From NCBI GenBank assembly GCA_027923505.1, contig BROI01000002.1:2108001-2172000 (forward strand): a stretch of DNA of 64,000 bases. The letters run 5' to 3'. Shown piece after piece: positions 1-9,694 of this stretch. The position numbers and the translations under genes were made by a program. The notes beneath the pieces were generated by a model. That model had not been told where the DNA came from. It worked only from the letters and a program-made list of their open reading frames with translations, and did no database searches. Positions within the stretch are counted from its first letter, which is position 1. Each line of letters opens with the position of its first letter. This DNA comes from Mayamaea pseudoterrestris. Its lineage: Eukaryota.

Positions 1-119
1 AGAACCACAACGGCTGAAACCTTCTCACGAACTATCAAATTCAAAGCGACCGACACTGGATCCGACTCCCGACAAGTAAAGGCGTCCATGCGAGGACACA
101 TGAATGCTAGAACCTTCAT
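1..119 (-). CDS. CBS-domain protein, 5' part only (runs off the left edge)
   Basis: Not in the ORF track. Manual translation from the ATG at 119 gives MKVLAFMCPRMDAFTCRESDPVSVALNLIVREKVSAVVV, which fits the start of a CBS domain. Confidence 0.7.
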   Translation of the reverse strand, partial: MKVLAFMCPRMDAFTCRESDPVSVALNLIVREKVSAVVV

Positions 120-410
120 TTTACTGCTGCCACCGACCGTTTTATTTGTGCTGTGGTATTGGAATTGCTGTCAAAATGCTATGCGCAAGTAGTTTTCCTG
201 GCGCAACTTGCCACAAAAACCATAATCATAGTCTCATTCAAACGGCGAGAGGCTTCGCAAAAGAGTTCCCATGGTGCTCATCGTCGAACATCGATCGCAA
301 GTCGAACGGCGCTTGTCGCAGATTGATCTTTTCACTACCGATCGTTCAATCTATTGCGTCGGCTTTTAATCGGCAGCTGTCGCTCTTACGCCGCATATCA
401 GCTTCTATAC

Positions 411-2861
411 CTAAATGGCGAGAGCATACTTCTTTATTTCGGTCAAGATGACATTCGTCGACACCAAGTCCTTGCAGAACGCCGGCGGCTTGTTGCGCCA
501 GACTTTGCGGATGATATCATGGAAGCGGGTATAGTACAAGAGCAGCTGCGTCAAGACTTGCTTAAGAATCTCCATGCCGTTGCGAAAGTTCGAAAAGTAT
601 GACAAAACATTGCGATTGATCAGTTCCATGTTCGATCTCCAATTGGAAGCAAAGTCGACGACGAGTGACTCAACCACTTGCATGTTCACATCATACGTCT
701 CACCCTTTGGCGTCGCCGCAATGTGAGCTTCCGTTTGCTGGCAAAAGGCAATGAGCTTCGAAAAACCTGTCGCAAGCAGTTCTTCCTCCACAAAGACTTC
801 TCGCTGGCGCATCAAATGCTCCACAAAGTAGTTGAATTCCTTGCCCACGACTCGGCGTTCCTGAAATGTACCAACCACCACATCCAAGTTATTGATGAGA
901 AACACGACTCTCTTGGTATGTGTGGTCTGAATGTCAGCCAATCGCTGAAGCAGCGACCAGTACTCCTGCGTCAATTCATCCAAATCCTCCAAGAGCTTGT
1001 CGCCAGCCGATAGTTTGGCGGCATCGTCGCCAATGGGAGTTGTATGGGTTGACATTGCGGTCGCTGATGGCCGCTGAGGCGTTCTACTCTTATCCTTGTC
1101 GTGCTTATGTTGGCGTCCGCTGTCACTGCCAGCCATGCTCATGGTTTTGCGGTGCAGAATGGTCAAAACGCTGCAACAAAACTCGGCCATGCGCCGACTA
1201 ACAAAATTGGGATGCCAGCTATCTTCAACAGCTCCTAGCTGAGCAGGTGTCGCCGCTTGCAGACTCTTTAGGTTTTGGTCCATGACCGTCTTGAGGCGTG
1301 GCCAGAGCAATCGCGTAATTTGATCAAAAAAGGAGTCGAGCGAGTGAATCTTGCGGAGACGCATCTGACGCTTGAAAGCGTGAGTCACCTTGATCATGAG
1401 CAACAAGCAGAGCGCGTCGTAGCAGGCAAACAAGTAATTTTCAAGTTGCTCGAGCAAGATGCCAAGAGTTGTTTGAAACAGGGGAGTGAAACCATCCCGC
1501 TTGAAAAACTGTCGGCAAAAGACATGCTCGTTGGTAACGGCCTCGCATAAATGAGAAATGAGCGACCGAAACAAGCGCTCATAGTGATACTGCTTTTGCT
1601 CCGATAAAGCTACATGTGCAATGATTGGTTGCTCGGCGGCAGACGACTCTCCCGGACGTCCATCTTCATTGTCGTCCTCGTCGTCATCATTGTTTTCACC
1701 ACCCATGGCGAGACAGTCGGACGCGCGCGTCCCCAACTGAAACACGGGAGACCGTTTCGCTTGCCAACCTCCACTCGCGTTGCTCGCATTCCGCCCCTGC
1801 AGCCACGCATCCGACACAGCAATCACATCCTGTCGCAGCACCGTCTTGCGCGTGACATCCAGCTGCAGCAGCTGCGCCTGGTACGTTGAAAAGAGCGTCG
1901 CCATGGTTTTACTCATGCGCTCCACGTAGACGGCAAACAGTTCCTGCGCAACGACTGGACTCGCCCTCTGCAAAAAGTCTTGGAGCGCGGAGTATTTCAG
2001 CAAGCCATGCACCTGCAGCATGCGCACGTTGGTTTGCTGGTGGTTCGTTAGTGACAGCAGACTCATTTGCTGCAGAAAGCCTTGGCGCACGCGCGTCACG
2101 GCCGTGTGGCGCAGCGCAGTCAGTGACTCGTGGAGTTCTCGACCCGCCTGCGTGTGAGATGGAGCAGTGTCGCAGGCCCACGGCTGCGGCGTATTCTCGT
2201 GCGCGTGCTGGTAAATTTGCTCCAGCTCCTTGACGGCCAGCACGTATTGCGGGTGAATGACTGGACCAGTCGTTAACACGTTAACCAAGTTTGGTGACAC
2301 AACCATATGGACTAAAAACTGCTCGAGTCCTTCCTTGGCGCGCTTGCGGTTGCGCAACTGCACGTCGAGCGTGCGACTCTTGGTTTGCAAGTTTTGTATT
2401 TCGACGGACAAGCCTCCCAAGTCGGCTTGAAAGCCCAGTAGCATTTCCTGCAGCGAGTTGAGTACGCCTTGACATTCGTGTAAATCTTGGTGCATTCGTT
2501 TGATTTCTGGTTGGCGGTCGCGATAGACTTGAATGCACTGCGACTCCAAAATGTCGAGCTCGGAGTGAATTTGATCCGAGTATGACACTAAGTCTAGCGA
2601 GCCATCGGCGAGAGCGGCGCGTAACGACGGATTGGCGAGAAACAGTGCCAAGTCTTGGGAGAGTTGCGTTTCGTTAGTGGCGTCGTCCTCGTCGTCGTTA
2701 GTGTCGGCAGCTGCTTTCGTTTCGCCCTCCTCATCGTCGTTGGTGCTGCCGCTTGGAGGAGGGCTGCTCCGTACCTTTGTCGCTGTCAGCTGCGGGAGCG
2801 CGACCAGCGGACTTGAAGGAGGAGCGTTAGGCGAAGATGGAGCGGGAGTCGTTGAAGTCAT
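411..2861 (-). CDS. VPS52: GARP complex subunit VPS52
   Basis: Long ORF with Vps52-type segments (FQADLGGLSVEIQNLQ, LLWPR, FLINN, FSNFRNGMEILKQVLTQLLLYYTRF). The likely start is the ATG at 2861; an in-frame upstream ATG lies at 2960. Confidence 0.92.
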   Translation of the reverse strand: MTSTTPAPSSPNAPPSSPLVALPQLTATKVRSSPPPSGSTNDDEEGETKAAADTNDDEDDATNETQLSQDLALFLANPSLRAALADGSLDLVSYSDQIHSELDILESQCIQVYRDRQPEIKRMHQDLHECQGVLNSLQEMLLGFQADLGGLSVEIQNLQTKSRTLDVQLRNRKRAKEGLEQFLVHMVVSPNLVNVLTTGPVIHPQYVLAVKELEQIYQHAHENTPQPWACDTAPSHTQAGRELHESLTALRHTAVTRVRQGFLQQMSLLSLTNHQQTNVRMLQVHGLLKYSALQDFLQRASPVVAQELFAVYVERMSKTMATLFSTYQAQLLQLDVTRKTVLRQDVIAVSDAWLQGRNASNASGGWQAKRSPVFQLGTRASDCLAMGGENNDDDEDDNEDGRPGESSAAEQPIIAHVALSEQKQYHYERLFRSLISHLCEAVTNEHVFCRQFFKRDGFTPLFQTTLGILLEQLENYLFACYDALCLLLMIKVTHAFKRQMRLRKIHSLDSFFDQITRLLWPRLKTVMDQNLKSLQAATPAQLGAVEDSWHPNFVSRRMAEFCCSVLTILHRKTMSMAGSDSGRQHKHDKDKSRTPQRPSATAMSTHTTPIGDDAAKLSAGDKLLEDLDELTQEYWSLLQRLADIQTTHTKRVVFLINNLDVVVGTFQERRVVGKEFNYFVEHLMRQREVFVEEELLATGFSKLIAFCQQTEAHIAATPKGETYDVNMQVVESLVVDFASNWRSNMELINRNVLSYFSNFRNGMEILKQVLTQLLLYYTRFHDIIRKVWRNKPPAFCKDLVSTNVILTEIKKYALAI

Positions 2862-3127
2862 GACTGCGATTGCTACAAGAAGAAGAACAGAGATCAGAGG
2901 AGCAACGAGTTTTGCGACGGGACGAGCGTCATGGTCATGGGGCTCGCTGCCATCCATCATTCATCGTAGCGGTACTGGATGACGTCATTTATGTCGGACA
3001 GGTACTTGTTGCGACACTGCACTCTTCCGACGGAAGCAAATCGTCATCCACAATTATCATGCGAAAAGCAAGCAAGTCAATCAGCCCTCTGGACCTGAGA
3101 CACCAGCTATTGCAAGAGTAGACTAAC

Positions 3128-5455
3128 ATGACAGCACCAGAATCAGTCTCTATCAAAGTATCGTCTACTGGTGCTTCGCCAAAGAATGGACAAGAACGAA
3201 TGACAATGGATGACGAAGCCACTCCAGTTCGCAGAAATCCTCCAGTCCGACGACCGAGCGTCCAATCGGAGAGTCCTCCGTCTACTATGCGACATCAAAC
3301 GAATGCGGCGTCACCTAGTCGGAGTAGCGTTGGTGGCGCACCTCGATCGGGGTCGTCGCTTCCGCCGCGACCTCCGCATAACGCGCGACATCACCATTCA
3401 TCCTCCGCGTCAGCGACTGCCAGTCCAGCAAAGCAGCAACACTCTCGTCAACACAACAAAAACAAGCAGCAGCATATCGATTTACACCACGCCCAGTCAC
3501 TACCGGATCGCATTGGTTCCGCCGCCTTGGGCGGCACTATCGACTTGCTGAAATTCACCACCGGCCTGGCCTGGCACACGACGGGCGCGTTGGTGGCGCC
3601 GCCGCTGCACTTGACGCGGACGCACATTTTGCCGCAGCTGCTGGCGGCGTTGCGTCTGTGTGTGATTGAAGTGACGCCACTGCGATTGCAGGATTGGTTT
3701 CGCATCTTGGCAACGTCGTTGACGCATGTGGTGACGCTGCTGCGATCGACGCGCTGCGGCAAGCGCGTGCGCAAGTCCATGGTTTCGTTGCTGGTGGACG
3801 TTGTAGATTTGCTAACGACGGAAACCTTTCGACAAGTCATTGTCGATGTCATGGCCTGCGTCGTCAAGTCTGCCGAAGCGTGGAGCACTCCGGAAGCGAA
3901 ACACGCCATGCGCCAATCGGGAGTGACCTTGACGCGCGTCGTGGAATTCATGGCGACGCGGGAGAGTCGACAGCTGACGCAGGATGTAATCTCGCTGGTG
4001 GAGAGTGTTGCAGTCTTAATGGCGGATCCAACGACGATTGTGGCGCTCGCGCAAGTGACGGCCGACTTGTGCTACGCGCTGGAAGCGGAGGAAGCTGGCT
4101 TGTATAAGAAGAAGAGTGATGATGGCAATGTTGACGCGCCACACGATAATGGCGATGCAGCAGCCGAGAACTTGTATCATGGAAGAAGCGACTTTGAGCA
4201 GCAGCGGCGAATGGAACGTAATCAGACCGAGGCGATGACATCGGCGAGCAAGATATTGTCGAGCGATCCGGACGCAACTATGGAGCAAGTTATCCTATCC
4301 AGTTTGGGCGAAACTGTTGCAAACATTTGTTTGGAGGAACAAGAGTCTGGAGGTGCTGACAAAGATGGCAAGGATGACGAGCAAGATGACGACGATCATC
4401 ATAGTTTGCCGAGCGTCATTTTGGCGGCGTCAATGAATGCGCTGGACGATGACGGCGAACAGAAGCAAGATAAGCTGCATGACTCGTGGGAAGCCTTGCA
4501 CGACGACATGCATCCGGAGGAATTGCCGCCTCCGCCGCCTATCCGGGATGGTACCCGCGTGGATGTTGTTTATCTACACGAAAAGATTCACAAACGATCG
4601 CGGCGGTCGCCGGCTGAACGTCTATCAACATCCAATGAGAGGCACCTAAAAAAGCCTCGGGCTGAGAAGGGTACTGGCTTGAAAGATGATGAAAAGAATG
4701 ATGATTTGTCGGTTGAGATTGAGGAGCTTGGATTGAAAGAACGGAGAAAGTCTACCAAAATTCAATTGTTTCCGGAAGAAGATGACCATGATGCCACTTC
4801 GGACGCGGCTGAGGTCAAAGCAAAATCCGATAATCTTCAAAACGCCCATCACACTGACCGCTTACACGATGAAGCGCCAGCAGACCATTTCTATCGGGTG
4901 TTGGACGAAACGATGACGAATTTACGCAAGGATGCGCTGAAACAAATGGTCATTGAGGAGTCGGAGAGAAAACGTGATGATACAGCAAACATGAGCCATG
5001 GCAGAGTTCTTCACGTGGCTGCGGCTGGCGAAGAACCAGACAGTTACACAAAGTCGTCAATGAAGCGAATACTCAATAATTTACGCGACGAGATTGCCGA
5101 TGAACGCAAGAAACAAACTAGTGCGCCCACTACGACGAGTCGGCGTTGGGCGAAATTAGCATTCATTGCACTTGTCCTCCTACTTGGTGCCACATGGATG
5201 GGTCTTGGGTGTTTTGGACTGTATACCATCATGTTTGCTCGTGGCAAAGCGTTACCATTGCCGAACCCAAATATAGCGGCGAGCGAGGGCGGAGCAACTG
5301 GAACGCAGGAGATTGTCATTCGGGTTGTTCGAGAAGTCGTCCACGTTGGAAACGACGGCAAAATGATTGGCAAGGGCGTTGAACGGACTATTCTATCGGA
5401 CAAGGCAATTGATGGACTTACTCAATGTATCGTCAATGCCAAAGACCTGCAGTAG
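3128..5455 (+). CDS. Hypothetical protein with disordered N-terminus, helical core and a C-terminal transmembrane segment
   Basis: 775-aa ORF with a hydrophobic stretch near the C-terminus (LAFIALVLLLGATWMGLGCFGLYTIMF). Head-to-head with VPS52. Confidence 0.75.
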   Translation: MTAPESVSIKVSSTGASPKNGQERMTMDDEATPVRRNPPVRRPSVQSESPPSTMRHQTNAASPSRSSVGGAPRSGSSLPPRPPHNARHHHSSSASATASPAKQQHSRQHNKNKQQHIDLHHAQSLPDRIGSAALGGTIDLLKFTTGLAWHTTGALVAPPLHLTRTHILPQLLAALRLCVIEVTPLRLQDWFRILATSLTHVVTLLRSTRCGKRVRKSMVSLLVDVVDLLTTETFRQVIVDVMACVVKSAEAWSTPEAKHAMRQSGVTLTRVVEFMATRESRQLTQDVISLVESVAVLMADPTTIVALAQVTADLCYALEAEEAGLYKKKSDDGNVDAPHDNGDAAAENLYHGRSDFEQQRRMERNQTEAMTSASKILSSDPDATMEQVILSSLGETVANICLEEQESGGADKDGKDDEQDDDDHHSLPSVILAASMNALDDDGEQKQDKLHDSWEALHDDMHPEELPPPPPIRDGTRVDVVYLHEKIHKRSRRSPAERLSTSNERHLKKPRAEKGTGLKDDEKNDDLSVEIEELGLKERRKSTKIQLFPEEDDHDATSDAAEVKAKSDNLQNAHHTDRLHDEAPADHFYRVLDETMTNLRKDALKQMVIEESERKRDDTANMSHGRVLHVAAAGEEPDSYTKSSMKRILNNLRDEIADERKKQTSAPTTTSRRWAKLAFIALVLLLGATWMGLGCFGLYTIMFARGKALPLPNPNIAASEGGATGTQEIVIRVVREVVHVGNDGKMIGKGVERTILSDKAIDGLTQCIVNAKDLQ

Positions 5456-5576
5456 TCTTATTCTATTCAGCTAAAAATTGGGCTCTTATTTGTTTATCAG
5501 CCTGGATTATTCAGTTAATTCGCACGCATGCAGACATATTTTTTATCTAATGCTTAATTAGTTAATTTTGCCTGGT

Positions 5577-6248
5577 TCAGCCTATGCGCGACGTCCTCTT
5601 GCGGCGTGGTCCGTTCGCATGCTTGCAGCGTTGACGACGATGCAAGGATTCACTTAACTCAGAAGAAACGTTTGGATCACCAGCATCATCTTTCGTTTCT
5701 AAACTTTGAGATTTGGCAACTCCCAATAGCTTGCCGGACTGGTCAGAATCGCTTCTCAACACAGCTGCAGTTGTCGTGTCTGTCCTCGTAACTCGATTAT
5801 GCCGACGACCCTTAGATAGCTGCTGCCCCCGATGGCGACGTATCACGGTACCATTCAATGAATGTTCCGATTCATCAGCTTCGTCTTTGCTTAAAACATC
5901 CACGATATCTTCCTTGTTCGACGCATTGTCCGCTACGAGCTGATTTTGACTCTCATCATCTTCATCTACGAAGTGGCTCGACGAGTTGTTTTCGGTGTGG
6001 GAAGTACCTGGAACTTGCTTGGTCTTCGCATTGTGACGCATCATATTGGATGCTGCTGATCTGCTGACAGGGGTAGATAGCAAGAGCCGTGAAAAGAGCG
6101 AAGCTTTTCGGCTCAAACTGTTGCGGCGTTTGTCTCCACCTACACTCGGCGTGTCCATATTCTTTGATCCGAGCAAGTGCTCGCTGTCATCTTCAACATC
6201 GTCAAAGGTCGTTAAACAGATTGTAGAGAAGTTGGTATTGCACTTCAT
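5577..6248 (-). CDS. Hypothetical low-complexity basic protein
   Basis: ORF 5577-6386 with first ATG at 6248 (MKCNTNF). S/D/R-rich; shares an LSKGR motif with the neighbouring gene. Confidence 0.55.
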   Translation of the reverse strand: MKCNTNFSTICLTTFDDVEDDSEHLLGSKNMDTPSVGGDKRRNSLSRKASLFSRLLLSTPVSRSAASNMMRHNAKTKQVPGTSHTENNSSSHFVDEDDESQNQLVADNASNKEDIVDVLSKDEADESEHSLNGTVIRRHRGQQLSKGRRHNRVTRTDTTTAAVLRSDSDQSGKLLGVAKSQSLETKDDAGDPNVSSELSESLHRRQRCKHANGPRRKRTSRIG

Positions 6249-6719
6249 ATAGATTGTTGTCGTATTGAGCAAATTGCAAGAGAATGATGAACAGAGAGCT
6301 GCTGCTCGAAAGTTGTGAGGAGGCGTAAAATAAAGTGTTCGGGCGAGCTCTTCGAAGCATAGCCCCACGCATCGATGACTCACCAACTGGGTACGTATGT
6401 GTGCAAATTTGTCCTAATTGACATAATTTAATGAGCAAGTGGATCTCGTCTAATTACGCCGGACATAAAAGGCTTCAAGTAGGCAATAATAAAGTTAATC
6501 GTCGTTTTGACCCGTCATTTTTGATGACTCATTGGAATCTTTTGGGATCTTTCGTCATTCTTCGTTTCTTTGCTGGAGTACGAATAGCTATGACATCGCT
6601 GCATAAGGTGATCTGCCTTTGCCAGGGCGTCTTTGAGTGTAAAGCCACAAGGTCTTCATCAGTTTGTAAAGGCACTAAACTAAATTTACAAAAACTACTT
6701 TGTTAAAACTGTAATTGCT

Positions 6720-7490
6720 CTAAGCGCACGCACCCCTTCGTCGCCATCTCCGCTCTTGATCGGTGTCCTTGTCATCACTTCCCGATGCTTGTCGGCGTCG
6801 ATGGTTCTTGGCTGCCTGTCTGCTGCGCCGCTTTATCGCTTGACTAGCCCAATCAAGAGGCAACTCGCTGGGCTCTTTCCAAATAACAGATTCCGCCGAA
6901 TCAGTCAGGTTCGTGTCGGATTTAGTCGTTGGGTCCAGCGAAACATCCCGTCGAACCTTTCTGGACGCAGGTTTGACGGTGCGAGACTTACGCAATCGTT
7001 GGCGTCCTTTCGACAATTCTCTACTGCGATCGCGCAGGATTAAGGCCCCTTTACCATCTTCTTCATGATCTTCTTCTTCGCGCTCTTCGTCATCGCGGTC
7101 AAGCTCATTCTTAGACGCTGAAGCCTCGAAGACTGTTTCAGAGGATGGATCATCCAACCGAATGTCGTAAGAATTAGGGTTTGTCGTATTGTTTGCATCT
7201 TTCTTGCCCTTAAAGAAAGAGGTACTCTTCGCTGGCAACGAGCGCAGGTTGAGAGAGTTGAGAGCGCTTGAGATACTAGCGATCGTCTTAACGCTGCCTT
7301 TTGGCTTTGCCTGGGAGACCTTTGATCGACTACTTCCACTGAGGAGTGTGACTTCATCATCGTTTTGTCTTTTCTGATCAGTCGCAAGATAGTCTCCAAT
7401 CTTGACTCGTCCTGCACTGCTCCCAGATGCGGGTGCCAAACGATCAGTTCCTTTCGTGTGCCTCGAAGATGGTGGTTCTAAAGTGTTCAT
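6720..7490 (-). CDS. Hypothetical low-complexity basic protein
   Basis: 256-aa ATG ORF with an acidic patch followed by an Arg-rich C-terminus; flanked by AT-rich UTR-like sequence. Confidence 0.6.
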   Translation of the reverse strand: MNTLEPPSSRHTKGTDRLAPASGSSAGRVKIGDYLATDQKRQNDDEVTLLSGSSRSKVSQAKPKGSVKTIASISSALNSLNLRSLPAKSTSFFKGKKDANNTTNPNSYDIRLDDPSSETVFEASASKNELDRDDEEREEEDHEEDGKGALILRDRSRELSKGRQRLRKSRTVKPASRKVRRDVSLDPTTKSDTNLTDSAESVIWKEPSELPLDWASQAIKRRSRQAAKNHRRRQASGSDDKDTDQERRWRRRGACA

Positions 7491-7838
7491 TGACTCGACT
7501 ACTCTTTTCTAGAATTATGGGGTTTTTGATTTTCTGAACGATATAGACCAGGATGATCAATTAATTACAGATGCTCAGCGTTTGAAGAATAGGCATCGAC
7601 GCCCGGTCAACGCCAGATTGACCCGGCATTCGGCGATTCTTCCAACGAATGACCCGAAAATTTCTCCGGAGCGGGACATCATTGACAATAGGGCAATTGA
7701 AGTGGTGCGTCATCCGAGTCACTTTTGTTTGGTTATTGACCAATGTGAGACAAAGCTCCGAATCTCAAGATTCACGGAGAAGTTTGCATATCATTCACTT
7801 CCGCGATTCGTCGTTGTTCCGCGGCGAGAAGATCATGC

Positions 7839-7908
7839 TGTAATACATACACCACTTGGAGTACTCCGAGTGGAGTATGTATTACACACCACTAGGAGTA
7901 CTCCGAGT
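7839..7908. repeat. 48-bp near-perfect palindrome with an overlapping 23-bp direct repeat
   Basis: 7839-7886 (tgtaatacatacaccacttggagtactccgagtggagtatgtattaca) is self-complementary except for one A/A mismatch and one G-T pair. acaccact(t/a)ggagtactccgagt occurs at 7849-7871 and 7886-7908. Confidence 0.9.
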
Positions 7909-8682
7909 AAATGGTACTTGTAGGAATACCGGTAATCTTTAACAACCCAGGCACCCACCGTATGTTAAAGATGCTAGCAGAAGCTTTAGTGCTTGACTGC
8001 ACAACTATTCGTAGTTCTGCTTGGCAAGGTACTGGCCCCTTGGCGGCTGGCGTCGCCACGTAATCCATTTTCCGAAATCGTACTATACCAGAGCTAAGAG
8101 GCGCACGAAAAAGAGCGGGAGGATATTCGTAGGGCACGAGCCAACGGTGCGAAGGTTTGGAGGCTGAATGCAAGGAGGCTTGGAGGCAGCACAAAGACTA
8201 TATGGCCATCGCCATAACTGTTATTGGCGTATATTCGCCAATGTCTTCAAGTGATTCTATTAGTAGTAATCGATTGACTACTATATTGTTCATCCGATTG
8301 TTTCGGAACTCCTATTGAGTCAGCTTGGCACAAAGTAAACACAAAGACTGCTTGCAATGCGCCCAACTAATAGCGGTATCGCTTAACGTGACATGTCCCT
8401 TGGCAATGCATGCGTATTGCAAATGCAGTATGGGCTAGTACAAGTACAACGTGTTTGGCAAGCAACAGCGTGTTGCAATTTTTTATAAAGTCGTGATTGC
8501 TGGGGTAGCTAACAGCGCCGCAATCATCGAGAAGCCGAAGAAACCACTGCGACATCTGATATCCGGATCCTCCCCAAATTCCGATTCCGATTCCAACGAC
8601 ATTTTCGCGCACCAGCATCGATAGCAGACTCCAAGTCTTAATCTTCTCTCTAGTCAGATACTAGCATCTACTTTTGTCAACC

Positions 8683-9432
8683 ATGGTCATCCGTAGCGGC
8701 TTTGAAGTGCAGCTTGTGCATGCTGATTCCAAGCTCCCGTTCAAGGAGCATGAAAAGGACGGCAAGATTTACGTCGAGGTGGAGCCAGACGCCGAGTATT
8801 TCATTGCGGTCCGCCGCGTAGACATGTCTGGCCCGCAAGCAATCTTGGGTTCCTATAAACTTGATGGAAAAGCGCTTGGTTATTATTCTACTCATACTGC
8901 CGTCGAAACAATGCCTCGCTTCCTTGGGATTGTCAGTCGAACCAATGGGATTGAGAAGAAGAACGCGTTTCGATTCTCGAAACCTCGCATGGCGACTAAT
9001 GGCGGCGGCTTTGGCGGTACGATGGGAAGCGCAGACATCCACCAGCTCTACGAAGGGATGCTTTTTGGATTGAAGCCTGTGGCAGATTTTACTACTACTT
9101 TTGATGCTGCTTCTGCGGGTGCGGCGAACGCGGCGACGGGCAAAAAGAAGTTTCTCCTATCGACAAGCGGATCCATGACGGTCAAGACGGAAACCGAGCC
9201 CAACAAAATGTTTAATTCCTACGAAAAGTGCAATCTCATTGATACAATCACTCTTTACTATTGCTCTGCTCTTGGCTTGATTCAAGTTGGCGTTCTTGCC
9301 AAGCCTGATACCGCGCGCGCCAGCGTTTGCCCGCCGATCAAGAAACCAGTCGGTCCCGTTTTTTCGACTGTCAAGGATCCAGCGGATCCGTCAAAGTTGA
9401 TTGATATGATTACTTTGACCGACGATGAGTGA
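8683..9432 (+). CDS. Hypothetical protein of a conserved diatom-type family
   Basis: ATG at 8683. Globular-looking sequence (KIYVEVEPDAEYFI ... ITLYYCSALGLIQVGVL) ending in MITLTDDE, which resembles a SUMO-interaction motif. Confidence 0.75.
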   Translation: MVIRSGFEVQLVHADSKLPFKEHEKDGKIYVEVEPDAEYFIAVRRVDMSGPQAILGSYKLDGKALGYYSTHTAVETMPRFLGIVSRTNGIEKKNAFRFSKPRMATNGGGFGGTMGSADIHQLYEGMLFGLKPVADFTTTFDAASAGAANAATGKKKFLLSTSGSMTVKTETEPNKMFNSYEKCNLIDTITLYYCSALGLIQVGVLAKPDTARASVCPPIKKPVGPVFSTVKDPADPSKLIDMITLTDDE

Positions 9433-9694
9433 AGGAATGAGCGAAACTACCGGTAGAGTTCATTGTAAGGACTGGGGGGAGACGAAATTCGCATTGGTTG
9501 ATGACATTCTGTGTCATGCGACGACATTAAATTCCACTAAAAGACGATAGTAGTGCATGTAACATACAATTGTGAACCATTTATCCAAAGTACATGGGCT
9601 GTAGTTAATTGTGAAGTGAGGAAACATTATGTTGATGGCGCAGTCGCTAACATTACGAAAGCGTCAATACAAAATTGCCATGCCGCGATTTCCA

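Noticed and set aside
2862..2960. Upstream ATG that would add a hydrophobic, transmembrane-like segment to VPS52
   Set aside because: VPS52 is a soluble protein. The segment derives from a pyrimidine-rich, 5'-UTR-like tract, and the ATG at 2861 is the simpler start.
7849..7908. Two 23-bp palindromic direct repeats resembling a CRISPR array
   Set aside because: Only two units with a 14-bp gap, no cas genes, and a eukaryotic context.
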